Source: a virus
Taxonomy: Duplodnaviria > Caudoviricetes
Reading direction: 5' to 3' (one strand)
DNA length: 29,000 nt
IMG/VR virus record: IMGVR_UViG_3300033067_000558
Coordinates: 1-29,000 of that record
Position numbers and translations under genes: made by a program. Position 1 is the first letter of the stretch. Every line of letters starts with the position of its first letter. Below the pieces are notes generated by a model, which was given only the letters and a program-made list of their open reading frames with translations, was not told the DNA's origin and searched no databases. Of the stretch, positions 1 to 8,337 are shown in pieces.

Positions 1-2
1 AT

Positions 3-389
3 GATAAAATTAAGCAAATAATTAAGCAAGTTATTGCAGTTAATGAGCAAATGATTGCTGCATTAAAGAGCAATGATAAAAATCAAATTGAGGAAGTAAA
101 ATTAGCAGCAGAATTAGTATCAGAATTAGGATGTTCAGCAGCAAAATTAGCAGCAGAGTTAGGATGGTCAGCAGCAAAATTAGCACAGTCAGTAAAGACA
201 GCAGCAAGGTCAATAATATGGTCGGCAGAGTCAGTAGCAAAATCAGTAATATGGTCGACAGAATCAGCAGCATGGTCAGCAGAGTCAGCAGCATGGCCAA
301 CAGAATGGTTAGCAAGGTCAGCAGCAGAGTCCGCAGCTTTTAAAAAGTTTGCTAATAAATTAATCAAATTACTTAAAGAATGTAAATGA
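3..389 (+). CDS. Phage protein with Ala/Ser/Trp/Glu low-complexity repeats (WSAESAA type), 5'-truncated by the window
   Basis: The frame of ORF 51..389 is open back to position 3 (DKIKQIIKQVIAVNEQM...). It has degenerate repeats (AAELGWSAAK, WSAESAAW) and its stop overlaps the polymerase start (ATGA at 386-389). Confidence 0.75.
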   Translation, partial: DKIKQIIKQVIAVNEQMIAALKSNDKNQIEEVKLAAELVSELGCSAAKLAAELGWSAAKLAQSVKTAARSIIWSAESVAKSVIWSTESAAWSAESAAWPTEWLARSAAESAAFKKFANKLIKLLKECK

Positions 390-2239
390 CTTTAACTTGC
401 ATAGATTTTGAAACTCATGATCCATTGCTTAAAAAATATGGTAGTGGAGCTGTTTTTAGATACCATTATCCTGAAATTGATTTTAAGATTTTAGGATGTG
501 GTATTAAGACGGATAAAGAAGAAATTTATTTAGATTTTATAAATAATGTTAATTCAAAATCTATATTAAGTTCTTATATGAAAAATGCATCTATTATGAT
601 TATGCATAATGCAGCATATGATTTAGGATGTATTAAGTTTATATATAAAGAATATAAAAATATAGAAAAATATTTACCAATTATTCATGACACTATGTTA
701 ATGGCAAAATTAGTTAAACAAATAAAAGGAGGAGATTATTCTTTAGAAGGACTAGCAGCAGAATATGACTGTGCCACTAATAAGAATTCTAATCTACTGC
801 ATGAATATGCTTGGACTTCTGGACTATACCAACAAATACATAAAGAAAAGACTGGAAGAAATTGTTATACAAAGCCAAGTTATAAAGTTTTAGAAAATTT
901 CTGTAAACCTAGTTTACATTTATTTCCTACAAATATTGTAGGAGAATATTGCTTAGATGATATTAAAGCAACCTGGGACTTATATAATAAATTATTACCA
1001 TTGTTAAGTTATTATGATTTAAATCCTTTATCTAAAATTATTAAAATATGTTTAAAAGCAAAATTTAAAGGATTACGGTTAAATTTAAATATTACTAATA
1101 AATTAAGTAAACAATGGAAAGAATTAGCAATTAAAAATAAAAATGAATTTTTAGATATTATAAAAGAAGATATTAATATTAACTCAGGTATTCAAGTAGG
1201 AGAAGCTTTAGAAAAATATGGGTTAGAAGTTCCAAGAACTATAAAAGGATCATATAGTATTACTAAGGAGTGGTTAGAAGAACAAGGACATCCAGCATTA
1301 CAGGCTTTAGCTTTATATCGCAAAGCAAATAAAGCAGAGAAAGATTTTATTCAAAAGATATTAAAATATCAAGAAATAATACCGAGTCAATATAGAAAAA
1401 AGAATATAGGGATTATGTTTCCAACACTTAAACCATTAGGTGCTACTTTAACCGGTAGATTTTCTAGTGGTGGTGGTCAAGGTAGTTTAGAGTTAAATAT
1501 TCTTGCAATAAGTGGTAGAGATGAGCATTTTGGATTACCTATTAGAGAATTATTTTTACCTTATCATGAAGATGAAAAAATTGTATGTGCTGATTTTAGT
1601 AATCAAGAACCTAGATTACAGGTGCATTATGCCGCTTTATTAAAGTGTCAAGGAGTGGATCAAATAATAGAGGCATGGAAAGAAAACCCTAAAATGAAAT
1701 ATCATAATAAAGTTGCTGAAATGACTAAGCTTGAATATGATGTGGCTAAAATGCTTACTTTAGGATTGTCTTATGGTATGGGAGTTGTAAAAGTGGCTAA
1801 TAGATTGAATATATCTATTGAGCAAGCACAATCAATATTAAAACAATATCATGCTTTATTGCCTTTTATGAAGCAATTACAGCAAGCTACTGCAAAAGGA
1901 TTAAAGCAAAATGGATATATAAAAACAATAGGAGGAAGGAGACTTAATATAGACCCGCCTTATGAATATAAAGGAGATATGAAAAGTAATGAACATAAAG
2001 GTATGTCTAAGCTAATACAAGGTAGCGGATTAGATCAACTATGGCAAGCAATGATTAATATAGATGAAGCAGGATTACAGTTTATGTTATGTGTGCATGA
2101 TGAAATAATTATTAGTTCTAAGCAAGCTGAAATTGAGAGTCTTAAATTAGTTGAATGTATGGAAGATGCCTATAAGTTAATTGTGCCTGTAGTTGCAGAG
2201 GTAGGAATAGGAAATAATTGGTTAGAAGCAAAACCTTGA
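386..2239 (+). CDS. polA: Phage family A DNA polymerase with 3'-5' exonuclease domain
   Basis: ExoI CIDFET, ExoII HNAAYD, ExoIII YCLDD; TGRFSS; motif A ADFSNQEPR; motif B AKMLTLGLSYG; IQGS; motif C VHDEI; C-terminal GNNWLEAK. Confidence 0.97.
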   Translation: MTLTCIDFETHDPLLKKYGSGAVFRYHYPEIDFKILGCGIKTDKEEIYLDFINNVNSKSILSSYMKNASIMIMHNAAYDLGCIKFIYKEYKNIEKYLPIIHDTMLMAKLVKQIKGGDYSLEGLAAEYDCATNKNSNLLHEYAWTSGLYQQIHKEKTGRNCYTKPSYKVLENFCKPSLHLFPTNIVGEYCLDDIKATWDLYNKLLPLLSYYDLNPLSKIIKICLKAKFKGLRLNLNITNKLSKQWKELAIKNKNEFLDIIKEDININSGIQVGEALEKYGLEVPRTIKGSYSITKEWLEEQGHPALQALALYRKANKAEKDFIQKILKYQEIIPSQYRKKNIGIMFPTLKPLGATLTGRFSSGGGQGSLELNILAISGRDEHFGLPIRELFLPYHEDEKIVCADFSNQEPRLQVHYAALLKCQGVDQIIEAWKENPKMKYHNKVAEMTKLEYDVAKMLTLGLSYGMGVVKVANRLNISIEQAQSILKQYHALLPFMKQLQQATAKGLKQNGYIKTIGGRRLNIDPPYEYKGDMKSNEHKGMSKLIQGSGLDQLWQAMINIDEAGLQFMLCVHDEIIISSKQAEIESLKLVECMEDAYKLIVPVVAEVGIGNNWLEAKP

Positions 2240-2248
2240 GGAAATAAT

Positions 2249-3031
2249 ATGACACATTATTATGATAGTAAAGGGAATCCAGCGTATGAAATTATTGGGA
2301 AAAATGGTAAGGCAAGAGCACCGTATGTAAAAGAAGCTAGGGATTTAGGATTAGTTCCTGGAGTTACTTCTATTTCTGGTCAAGTAGGAAATGAAAATAT
2401 TATTAATTGGATGATTTATAGTGCTATTGATATTTGTATGGAACATCCATTTTGTGAAATGGGAACTAGTAAAGAAGATTGGAAAAAGAAAATAAGCCAA
2501 TTAATTAAAATAGAGAAAGAAAGAATCACTGGACAAGGACATAAAATACATGATGCATTAGAGCATTATTATAAGTCTGGGAAAATAAAAGAACAATATA
2601 GAGATTTTATCGTACCGGTGATTGAATTAATTGAGAATAAATGGCCTATGTTACAAAGAACTGATTGGATTCCTGAGCGTTCATTTAATTTTGGTGGGCT
2701 ATATGGAGGCAAAGTAGATATTTCAACAGAATATAATGGAGGTATTATATTAGATTTTAAAACTAAAGATAGTGAAGATATTAATAAATTTAAAGCTTAT
2801 GAGTCGCATAAACAACAATTAATTGCTTATGGGTACGGTTTAAAAATGCCTAAAGCTCAATATGGCAATATCTTTTTATCTGCATTAAAACCCAATATAT
2901 TATTATTAGAGATGCATGGTGATTTAACATATTACTGGAATAAATTTAAACTTTTATTACAATATTGGCATTTAGACAAATATGAGCAATATGTGGAGAT
3001 TCAAGATGATAGTTTATTATGTTGTGCATAA
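2249..3031 (+). CDS. PD-(D/E)XK (RecB/Cas4-like) exonuclease
   Basis: GVTSI, GHKIHDALE, YGGKVD, ILDFKT and QQLIAY motifs; GAGG RBS upstream; adjacent to the polymerase. Confidence 0.88.
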   Translation: MTHYYDSKGNPAYEIIGKNGKARAPYVKEARDLGLVPGVTSISGQVGNENIINWMIYSAIDICMEHPFCEMGTSKEDWKKKISQLIKIEKERITGQGHKIHDALEHYYKSGKIKEQYRDFIVPVIELIENKWPMLQRTDWIPERSFNFGGLYGGKVDISTEYNGGIILDFKTKDSEDINKFKAYESHKQQLIAYGYGLKMPKAQYGNIFLSALKPNILLLEMHGDLTYYWNKFKLLLQYWHLDKYEQYVEIQDDSLLCCA

Positions 3032-3173
3032 AGATGAAGAATGGATGCATTTAAAAGAGTTTACAAATAGGGCAGAAGCCAATTACTACATAACAGATGT
3101 ATATGGACTTGATAGTGCTAATTATACAATCAAGGAAGTTGATAGAGATAGGGATTTGAATAATGTGCAATAA
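3006..3173 (+). CDS. Hypothetical protein (55 aa)
   Basis: The ORF track gives 2982..3173. The ATG at 3006 is preferred because GGAG lies 7 nt upstream. Confidence 0.6.
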   Translation: MIVYYVVHKDEEWMHLKEFTNRAEANYYITDVYGLDSANYTIKEVDRDRDLNNVQ

Positions 3174-3192
3174 TCAAAATTAAGGTAACTAT

Positions 3193-3675
3193 ATGTATAT
3201 AATAGGGATTGACCCAGGATTAAGTGGAGCCATTTGTTTATTAGATGATACAGGTAAGTTTTATGAGATTATGGATTTACCAACAATGATTAGAGGAGGA
3301 GGACAAGGTAAAGTTAAACGCTGTATAAACCCTAAAGGATTACAGTTAGTTATAGCGTCTTGGTTTGCTGAGTATGGAGAAATGAAAGCATATGTAGAGA
3401 ATATAAATCCTATGCCAGGGCAAGGTGTTGTTAGTATGTTTAGCATGGGTGATACGTTTGGCGCAATAAAGGCAATATTGGCCTGTGAAGGAATAGAAAC
3501 TTATTTTATTGCCCCTCAAACATGGAAGAAGTATTTTAAACTAACTAGTGATAAGGAATTATGTAGAACATATGCGATACGAATATTTCCTGATGCAGCA
3601 CAATATTTAGAAAGAAAATCTGATCATAATAGAGCAGAAGCTTTATTAATAGCAAAATGGGGGAGTAAGCAATGA
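3193..3675 (+). CDS. ruvC: RuvC-like Holliday junction resolvase
   Basis: IIGIDPGLSGA, AYVENI, FSMG, PQTWKK and DHNRAEALLIA give the RuvC acidic catalytic pattern; AAGGT RBS. Confidence 0.9.
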   Translation: MYIIGIDPGLSGAICLLDDTGKFYEIMDLPTMIRGGGQGKVKRCINPKGLQLVIASWFAEYGEMKAYVENINPMPGQGVVSMFSMGDTFGAIKAILACEGIETYFIAPQTWKKYFKLTSDKELCRTYAIRIFPDAAQYLERKSDHNRAEALLIAKWGSKQ

Positions 3676-3851
3676 ATGGCGTAGAGATAGGAGAAGAGTG
3701 TTTGGAGTTGTTTTTAAAAGAACAACTTACATTTAATGCAGAAGTAGTAAAAATATTAACCGTATTAAATTTAAATATAGAGAAAATAAAAAAATCTGTA
3801 GAACAAACACAAAATTGTATATTGGCAATTAGTATGAATGATTTAGATTAG
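3672..3851 (+). CDS. Hypothetical protein (59 aa, MNGVEIGEECLELF...MNDLD), not in the ORF track
   Basis: ATGA overlap with the resolvase stop, GGGAG RBS, and it fills the gap in the operon. Confidence 0.65.
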   Translation: MNGVEIGEECLELFLKEQLTFNAEVVKILTVLNLNIEKIKKSVEQTQNCILAISMNDLD

Positions 3852-3889
3852 AATTGATTAGAAAATATAAATAACAGAGGAAAATAAAT

Positions 3890-4117
3890 ATGAACATTAG
3901 AGAAGAGATATTAGAAGATTTGTTACATAATGAAATTAATGCATATGATTTAATAGAGGATGTTACTAAAGAAATATTAGAAGTGTTAATGACCAAGACT
4001 AGATATAATCAAGTAAAAGCAGCAGGAGAATTAAAAGTATCTAGAGGCAAATTAAGAGCAGACCTGAAGAAATACTTTGGTAAAAAATATATAGGCACTA
4101 AAGATGAAATGTATTAA
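3890..4117 (+). CDS. Fis-like helix-turn-helix DNA-binding protein
   Basis: EILEVLMTKTRYNQVKAAGELKVSRGKLRADLKKY parallels the Fis C-terminus ([26 protein letters not shown]); GAGG RBS. Confidence 0.82.
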   Translation: MNIREEILEDLLHNEINAYDLIEDVTKEILEVLMTKTRYNQVKAAGELKVSRGKLRADLKKYFGKKYIGTKDEMY

Positions 4118-4126
4118 GGAGGTCAT

Positions 4127-4423
4127 ATGAAATTCATATATAGAAATAATAGCTATTCCTTAGAAAGAACGGCTCATTGTTTTGTATTATCTAAAATAAC
4201 AATATCTAAAGAAAAAAATAATTTAGAGACTGTGACTACAATTGGCTATTATCATAAATTGCCTGATGCAATATTGGAATTATTTAACCGGCATGTTTTA
4301 GATAAAGTGGATGTTGTAAGTATTTTAGAATGTATAAAAACTACAAAAGAAGAATTAAAAAACTTATTTAGTATTGAGGTAGAGGATGAAATACTTAAAG
4401 TTAAGAATACGACAACAACTTAA
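4127..4423 (+). CDS. Hypothetical phage protein (98 aa)
   Basis: Strong AAGGAGG RBS; operon context. Confidence 0.75.
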   Translation: MKFIYRNNSYSLERTAHCFVLSKITISKEKNNLETVTTIGYYHKLPDAILELFNRHVLDKVDVVSILECIKTTKEELKNLFSIEVEDEILKVKNTTTT

Positions 4424-4550
4424 CCATACTTATATTTTGTATAGTTATGACTATCCTGATATTGTAGAATTATATACTAGCTTATCTGCAGCATATAATC
4501 GAGCAATTTCTATTTATCGGTTAATGAGGTTAAGAAATGAAATTAACTAA
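4386..4550 (+). CDS. Hypothetical protein (54 aa, MKYLKLRIRQQ...RNEIN), not in the ORF track
   Basis: GAGGT RBS 5 nt before the ATG; overlaps both neighbours and fills the gap. Confidence 0.55.
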   Translation: MKYLKLRIRQQLNHTYILYSYDYPDIVELYTSLSAAYNRAISIYRLMRLRNEIN

Positions 4551-4770
4551 TAATGGGAATAAAATTACAAATTTAGATTTGACTGATATTGAATGCGAAG
4601 AAATATTTTTAGCTATTATTCAGACAAGAAATAAATATTTAAAAGAAATGGATAATTTTAAAAATAGATATAAATCTTTTGAAAGAAATAAATATGCTAC
4701 AAAAGCTTATATATTAGATAATGTTGTGACGAAGATTAGAAATAGTCTTATAATTTTAGAGGAGAAATAA
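4537..4770 (+). CDS. Hypothetical protein (77 aa)
   Basis: GAGGT RBS; operon context. Confidence 0.7.
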   Translation: MKLTNNGNKITNLDLTDIECEEIFLAIIQTRNKYLKEMDNFKNRYKSFERNKYATKAYILDNVVTKIRNSLIILEEK

Positions 4771-4771
4771 T

Positions 4772-4969
4772 ATGAAAATTGATATTGAAGAAGGAGTATA
4801 TGAGTTTAGGGTGTCTGGAGAAAGTAAAGATAAAACTTCTTTATATGTTGATTATTTCTCTGAGATGGTTTCAGATTATGATGAAATAGCAGCTATTAAA
4901 AAAAGCTGTATTTCTACCTTAGAAAGAATGGGATATGTGTTTAAAACATTTACCTATAAGAAACAATAA
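4772..4969 (+). CDS. Hypothetical protein (65 aa)
   Basis: GAGGAG RBS; starts 1 nt after the previous stop. Confidence 0.7.
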   Translation: MKIDIEEGVYEFRVSGESKDKTSLYVDYFSEMVSDYDEIAAIKKSCISTLERMGYVFKTFTYKKQ

Positions 4970-4979
4970 GGGGAATAAA

Positions 4980-5099
4980 ATGACTAGAGATGAAATAATA
5001 GATGAAATATCAAAACTAGAAAAGCAAAAAGATTGGATTGATGAAGAAATTAACGATTTATATAAACAATTAGAAGAATTGGAGAATATTCCACATTAA
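4980..5099 (+). CDS. Small acidic coiled-coil protein (39 aa, MTRDEIIDEISKLEKQKDWIDEEINDLYKQLEELENIPH), not in the ORF track
   Basis: AAGGGG RBS, heptad hydrophobic pattern, last gene of the + arm. Confidence 0.65.
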   Translation: MTRDEIIDEISKLEKQKDWIDEEINDLYKQLEELENIPH

Positions 5100-5207
5100 T
5101 TTATAGGCTGTATAATAATTGAACTCTATATTTAACGTGTAAGAAGAGATTTGTATGCAAGGTATACTTACCTATTACTGATAAGCTGATCGTTTAACTA
5201 GCTAACC

Positions 5208-6326
5208 CTAAGAGGGATTATCGGCATCATACATCATAATTGACACCGTATGGCGTTCTATTTCACCATACTCTTTATGAAATATTAAGGATTTGATGTC
5301 TCTTCCAGATCTATACCCATTTGTAGCAGCATAGGAGTCTTTAGCAGCTAATGTTCTAAATGATTCTACAGTACATCCAGCATATTCATTTTTCATGTCT
5401 TTATGAATATGCCCTGTTAACCAATATCTAAATTTAGACTCACCCCATTCTTTTGCTTTATCAGAAGCCATAACACCAGGTAATCTATCCATAGGACATG
5501 AATGCCCATGATGTGCACCTATCAGTGTTTTACCAAACTGAATATAATGAAATACTGAGAAAGATTCATTGATAATTAATCTAGGACAATCTTCATATAC
5601 ATGTTTTAAAAATATAGTTAAAAATACACTTCCTACGTCATCATGATTACCTGGCAAATTAATTACTTCTACTATCTCATGATGAGATAATGCACTTTCA
5701 ATTAATCTTCTAACTATTTTAACAGCTATTTGAACCATTTGAGGATAAAAGCCATCTTTATCTAAAAGATTCTTAGAACGACTAGTCATTCCTTCGATAT
5801 TATCATAATGGAATAAATCACCTAAGTTTAATATAACTGCTTTTTTACAATTAGGAGTTGATTTAACTATACGATCAAATAATTTAATAAATACATCTTC
5901 TGCTATTTTTAGATTCCATTCTTCCCCAGATATATTGTCCCAAGCTAACATACCAATATGCGGATCGCCTAGAGGATACACCGCCATTAAATCACTATTG
6001 TTAGCTTTTTCTTTATATTCAGGTTCGTTTAATTTAGGAAGTTTTTTAATTAAGTCGAATATATTGTTTTTTAATATTTGTAATTGCTCTTCTTTAGGGA
6101 TTGAAGTTTTAACCCATTGCTGAGTGATATTACCGTTACGATCATATAAAGTAGAAGTTCCTTTTATATGAGAATGTAAATTTTCTGGTTTTTTAATGTC
6201 TAATCGTTTTATTCTAGATAGTAGATTACGATAACTTATACCATATTTCTGAGAAATTAAAGAATAATTCAGTCCTGCATTAATCTCTGATATAAGTTGT
6301 TCATCAGTTATTTTATGAGCAACCAT
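5208..6326 (-). CDS. Calcineurin-like metallophosphoesterase with N-terminal HTH
   Basis: GDPHIG, NLGDLFHYD, PGNHD, HHGH and TGHIH motifs; N-terminal YSLISQKYGISYRNLLSRIKRL is HTH-like. Confidence 0.9.
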   Translation of the reverse strand: MVAHKITDEQLISEINAGLNYSLISQKYGISYRNLLSRIKRLDIKKPENLHSHIKGTSTLYDRNGNITQQWVKTSIPKEEQLQILKNNIFDLIKKLPKLNEPEYKEKANNSDLMAVYPLGDPHIGMLAWDNISGEEWNLKIAEDVFIKLFDRIVKSTPNCKKAVILNLGDLFHYDNIEGMTSRSKNLLDKDGFYPQMVQIAVKIVRRLIESALSHHEIVEVINLPGNHDDVGSVFLTIFLKHVYEDCPRLIINESFSVFHYIQFGKTLIGAHHGHSCPMDRLPGVMASDKAKEWGESKFRYWLTGHIHKDMKNEYAGCTVESFRTLAAKDSYAATNGYRSGRDIKSLIFHKEYGEIERHTVSIMMYDADNPS

Positions 6327-6339
6327 TTTAAATGAATCC

Positions 6340-8337
6340 TTATTGATTGTCTGAACTATTAGATACGAAAGGCTGAGTTAAAGTAGTTCCAATATTAGCA
6401 TTAATATTGCCTTTAACTGGCTCAGATTTTAATTGATTTGCGGCATTTATAATTAGCTTCATAAATCCTTTTGCTTTTGCTGCTGGAGTTGTTTGTTTTA
6501 TTATCTCTTGTTTAATTTGTGGTACCCATTTATCTCCAGAAGTAGTTAAATCTAACAGTGCTTTTTGATATCTACCGTCAGTTAAAGTAAGAATAAATCT
6601 TTGCGCCATACTAGATTTAGAGCCAGATGCTAAGAAGTCTGGAAGAGTTCCGGCATTAGATGCAATAATTTTATTAACATTAGTTTTAGCTAATTGATTT
6701 GCTACTTTTACAATAGCATCCGCAGCTTCGGTATTTCCCCCTACTGTTTTAACATCAGTTAAAAATTGATTTATTTTATTATTGTCTCCCCATAATAAAT
6801 TATTAGTTTTATCTAGATAGTTTATACCACTCATGCTATCTCCTGTTGTTATAATTGTTCCTGGAGTATTTTTAACTTTATCTAGTAAATCTAAATATTT
6901 ATTTTGTATTGCTACTTTTTGGGCTGCAGCTCTTGCAGGGACATATACATCACCATATTGAGAATCAATAGTGTCAAGTATTTTATTTCTTGCAGTCATT
7001 AACGCATCTTTTGTATTAGTGGCTAACTTATTTGCTGAGTCAACAACTCTATTATCATTCCATAATCTATCATCAATTATTTGTTTAATATAATCTAATT
7101 TAGATAATGAGTTATCAGGCAATTGGGAGACATTTGTTACATCTCCATTAAATGTTTTAACAATATCGTCTTTATTAATTTGATTCATTAAATTATTAAT
7201 AGTAGGATTTTTTAATAAACTGTCTGTAGAGTCTTGTGCAATTGTTTTATCTTTAAGTAAACCATATAATTGATTTGCTGCATTTTTAGTATCGTCAGGA
7301 GCCATATTATTAACTAAAGTAACAATATGGTTTTGTAGTTTATTTAAACTTTCTTGTTGATTAAATGCTAATTGTTGAGTTCCTTCTATTCCAAGTCCAT
7401 TTGCTGCTTTATATTCTTTACCTAACATACTTTCTGAGCCAGTAACTTGTCCAGGGGTAGGATTGATACCTAATTTATTAAATGCTTGTAAATTACTATC
7501 AAGAACATTTGTATTAGATGGCAAATTAGCAACAGTTCCAATTTTATTCTCAGGATTATTTATAGACAATGTTGGATTAATAGTTGCAGTTACATCCTGA
7601 GTAGCAGCTTTAGAAGGACTTAAAATTCTTGAAGTAAATGAACTTTTATAATTTTCTGCACCTATAACACTATCTTTAATAGTTTTAAGTGCAGGAATAA
7701 TATTATTTGCAATAGTGCCTAATGTAGCTCCTGCAGCCCCATTAACTAAATTATCAGAAATATTATTACCATAAGTAGGCTGAACAATTCCAAATCCTCC
7801 ACCGGCTAATGCTCCTTTTGCAGTTCTTGCTAATATAGGGCTATCTGTAAAAGCTGTATTTAAACCCGCTGTTAATTGAGGCGCTATTTTAGAGGCTATA
7901 GCACTTGTAGGACCTGCAGCAAGATTGCCATAAGCAATACCTGACCCAATGGTACCTAATGTTGCTCCTATACCATAAGCATAAGGATGATCATTAAAGT
8001 CTTTTGTGGCTTGCTGATCTCCTATAACAGTACTGCCATTGCCATAATTATTAAGATTATCTAATTTAGCTCTAAAATCAGAAGTACCAGGAATTGCATA
8101 ACTTCCTAGTTTCATTGTACCAATTGCCATTTTCTCAAATTGTCTATTAATAGCATCTACACCAGCCATTAAACTACCATTATCAGCACTTGTTTGCTGA
8201 TCAATATTGTTTACTATTGAAGCAAATGGGTCATTTACAGCAGTTGGATTAGGACTTGCTGTATTAGTTTGATCAGGTGCTTGAGCAGCAGCCCCATTAT
8301 CAGAGTTTACTATTGCTGCAAATGGATCATCATTCAT
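6340..8337 (-). CDS. Putative DNA ejection / internal virion protein (665 aa)
   Basis: Third of three large helical proteins after the tail genes; N-terminal DPFA repeats and Gly/Ala-rich hydrophobic segments typical of podovirus ejection proteins. Confidence 0.65.
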   Translation of the reverse strand: MNDDPFAAIVNSDNGAAAQAPDQTNTASPNPTAVNDPFASIVNNIDQQTSADNGSLMAGVDAINRQFEKMAIGTMKLGSYAIPGTSDFRAKLDNLNNYGNGSTVIGDQQATKDFNDHPYAYGIGATLGTIGSGIAYGNLAAGPTSAIASKIAPQLTAGLNTAFTDSPILARTAKGALAGGGFGIVQPTYGNNISDNLVNGAAGATLGTIANNIIPALKTIKDSVIGAENYKSSFTSRILSPSKAATQDVTATINPTLSINNPENKIGTVANLPSNTNVLDSNLQAFNKLGINPTPGQVTGSESMLGKEYKAANGLGIEGTQQLAFNQQESLNKLQNHIVTLVNNMAPDDTKNAANQLYGLLKDKTIAQDSTDSLLKNPTINNLMNQINKDDIVKTFNGDVTNVSQLPDNSLSKLDYIKQIIDDRLWNDNRVVDSANKLATNTKDALMTARNKILDTIDSQYGDVYVPARAAAQKVAIQNKYLDLLDKVKNTPGTIITTGDSMSGINYLDKTNNLLWGDNNKINQFLTDVKTVGGNTEAADAIVKVANQLAKTNVNKIIASNAGTLPDFLASGSKSSMAQRFILTLTDGRYQKALLDLTTSGDKWVPQIKQEIIKQTTPAAKAKGFMKLIINAANQLKSEPVKGNINANIGTTLTQPFVSNSSDNQ

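Noticed and set aside
40-367. Alternative-frame ORFs 40..315 (-), 83..367 (-) and 131..343 (+)
   Set aside because: Shadows of the low-complexity repeat; only the frame ending at 389 is coupled to polA.
2249-3031. Cas4 / CRISPR adaptation gene
   Set aside because: No four-Cys Fe-S pattern, no other cas genes and no repeat-spacer array; an ordinary phage PD-(D/E)XK nuclease is the simpler call.
5089-5116. Rightward promoter at TATAAT 5111-5116, antisense to the phosphoesterase
   Set aside because: Poor -35 and no properly spaced TG extension; TATAAT is expected by chance in such AT-rich DNA.
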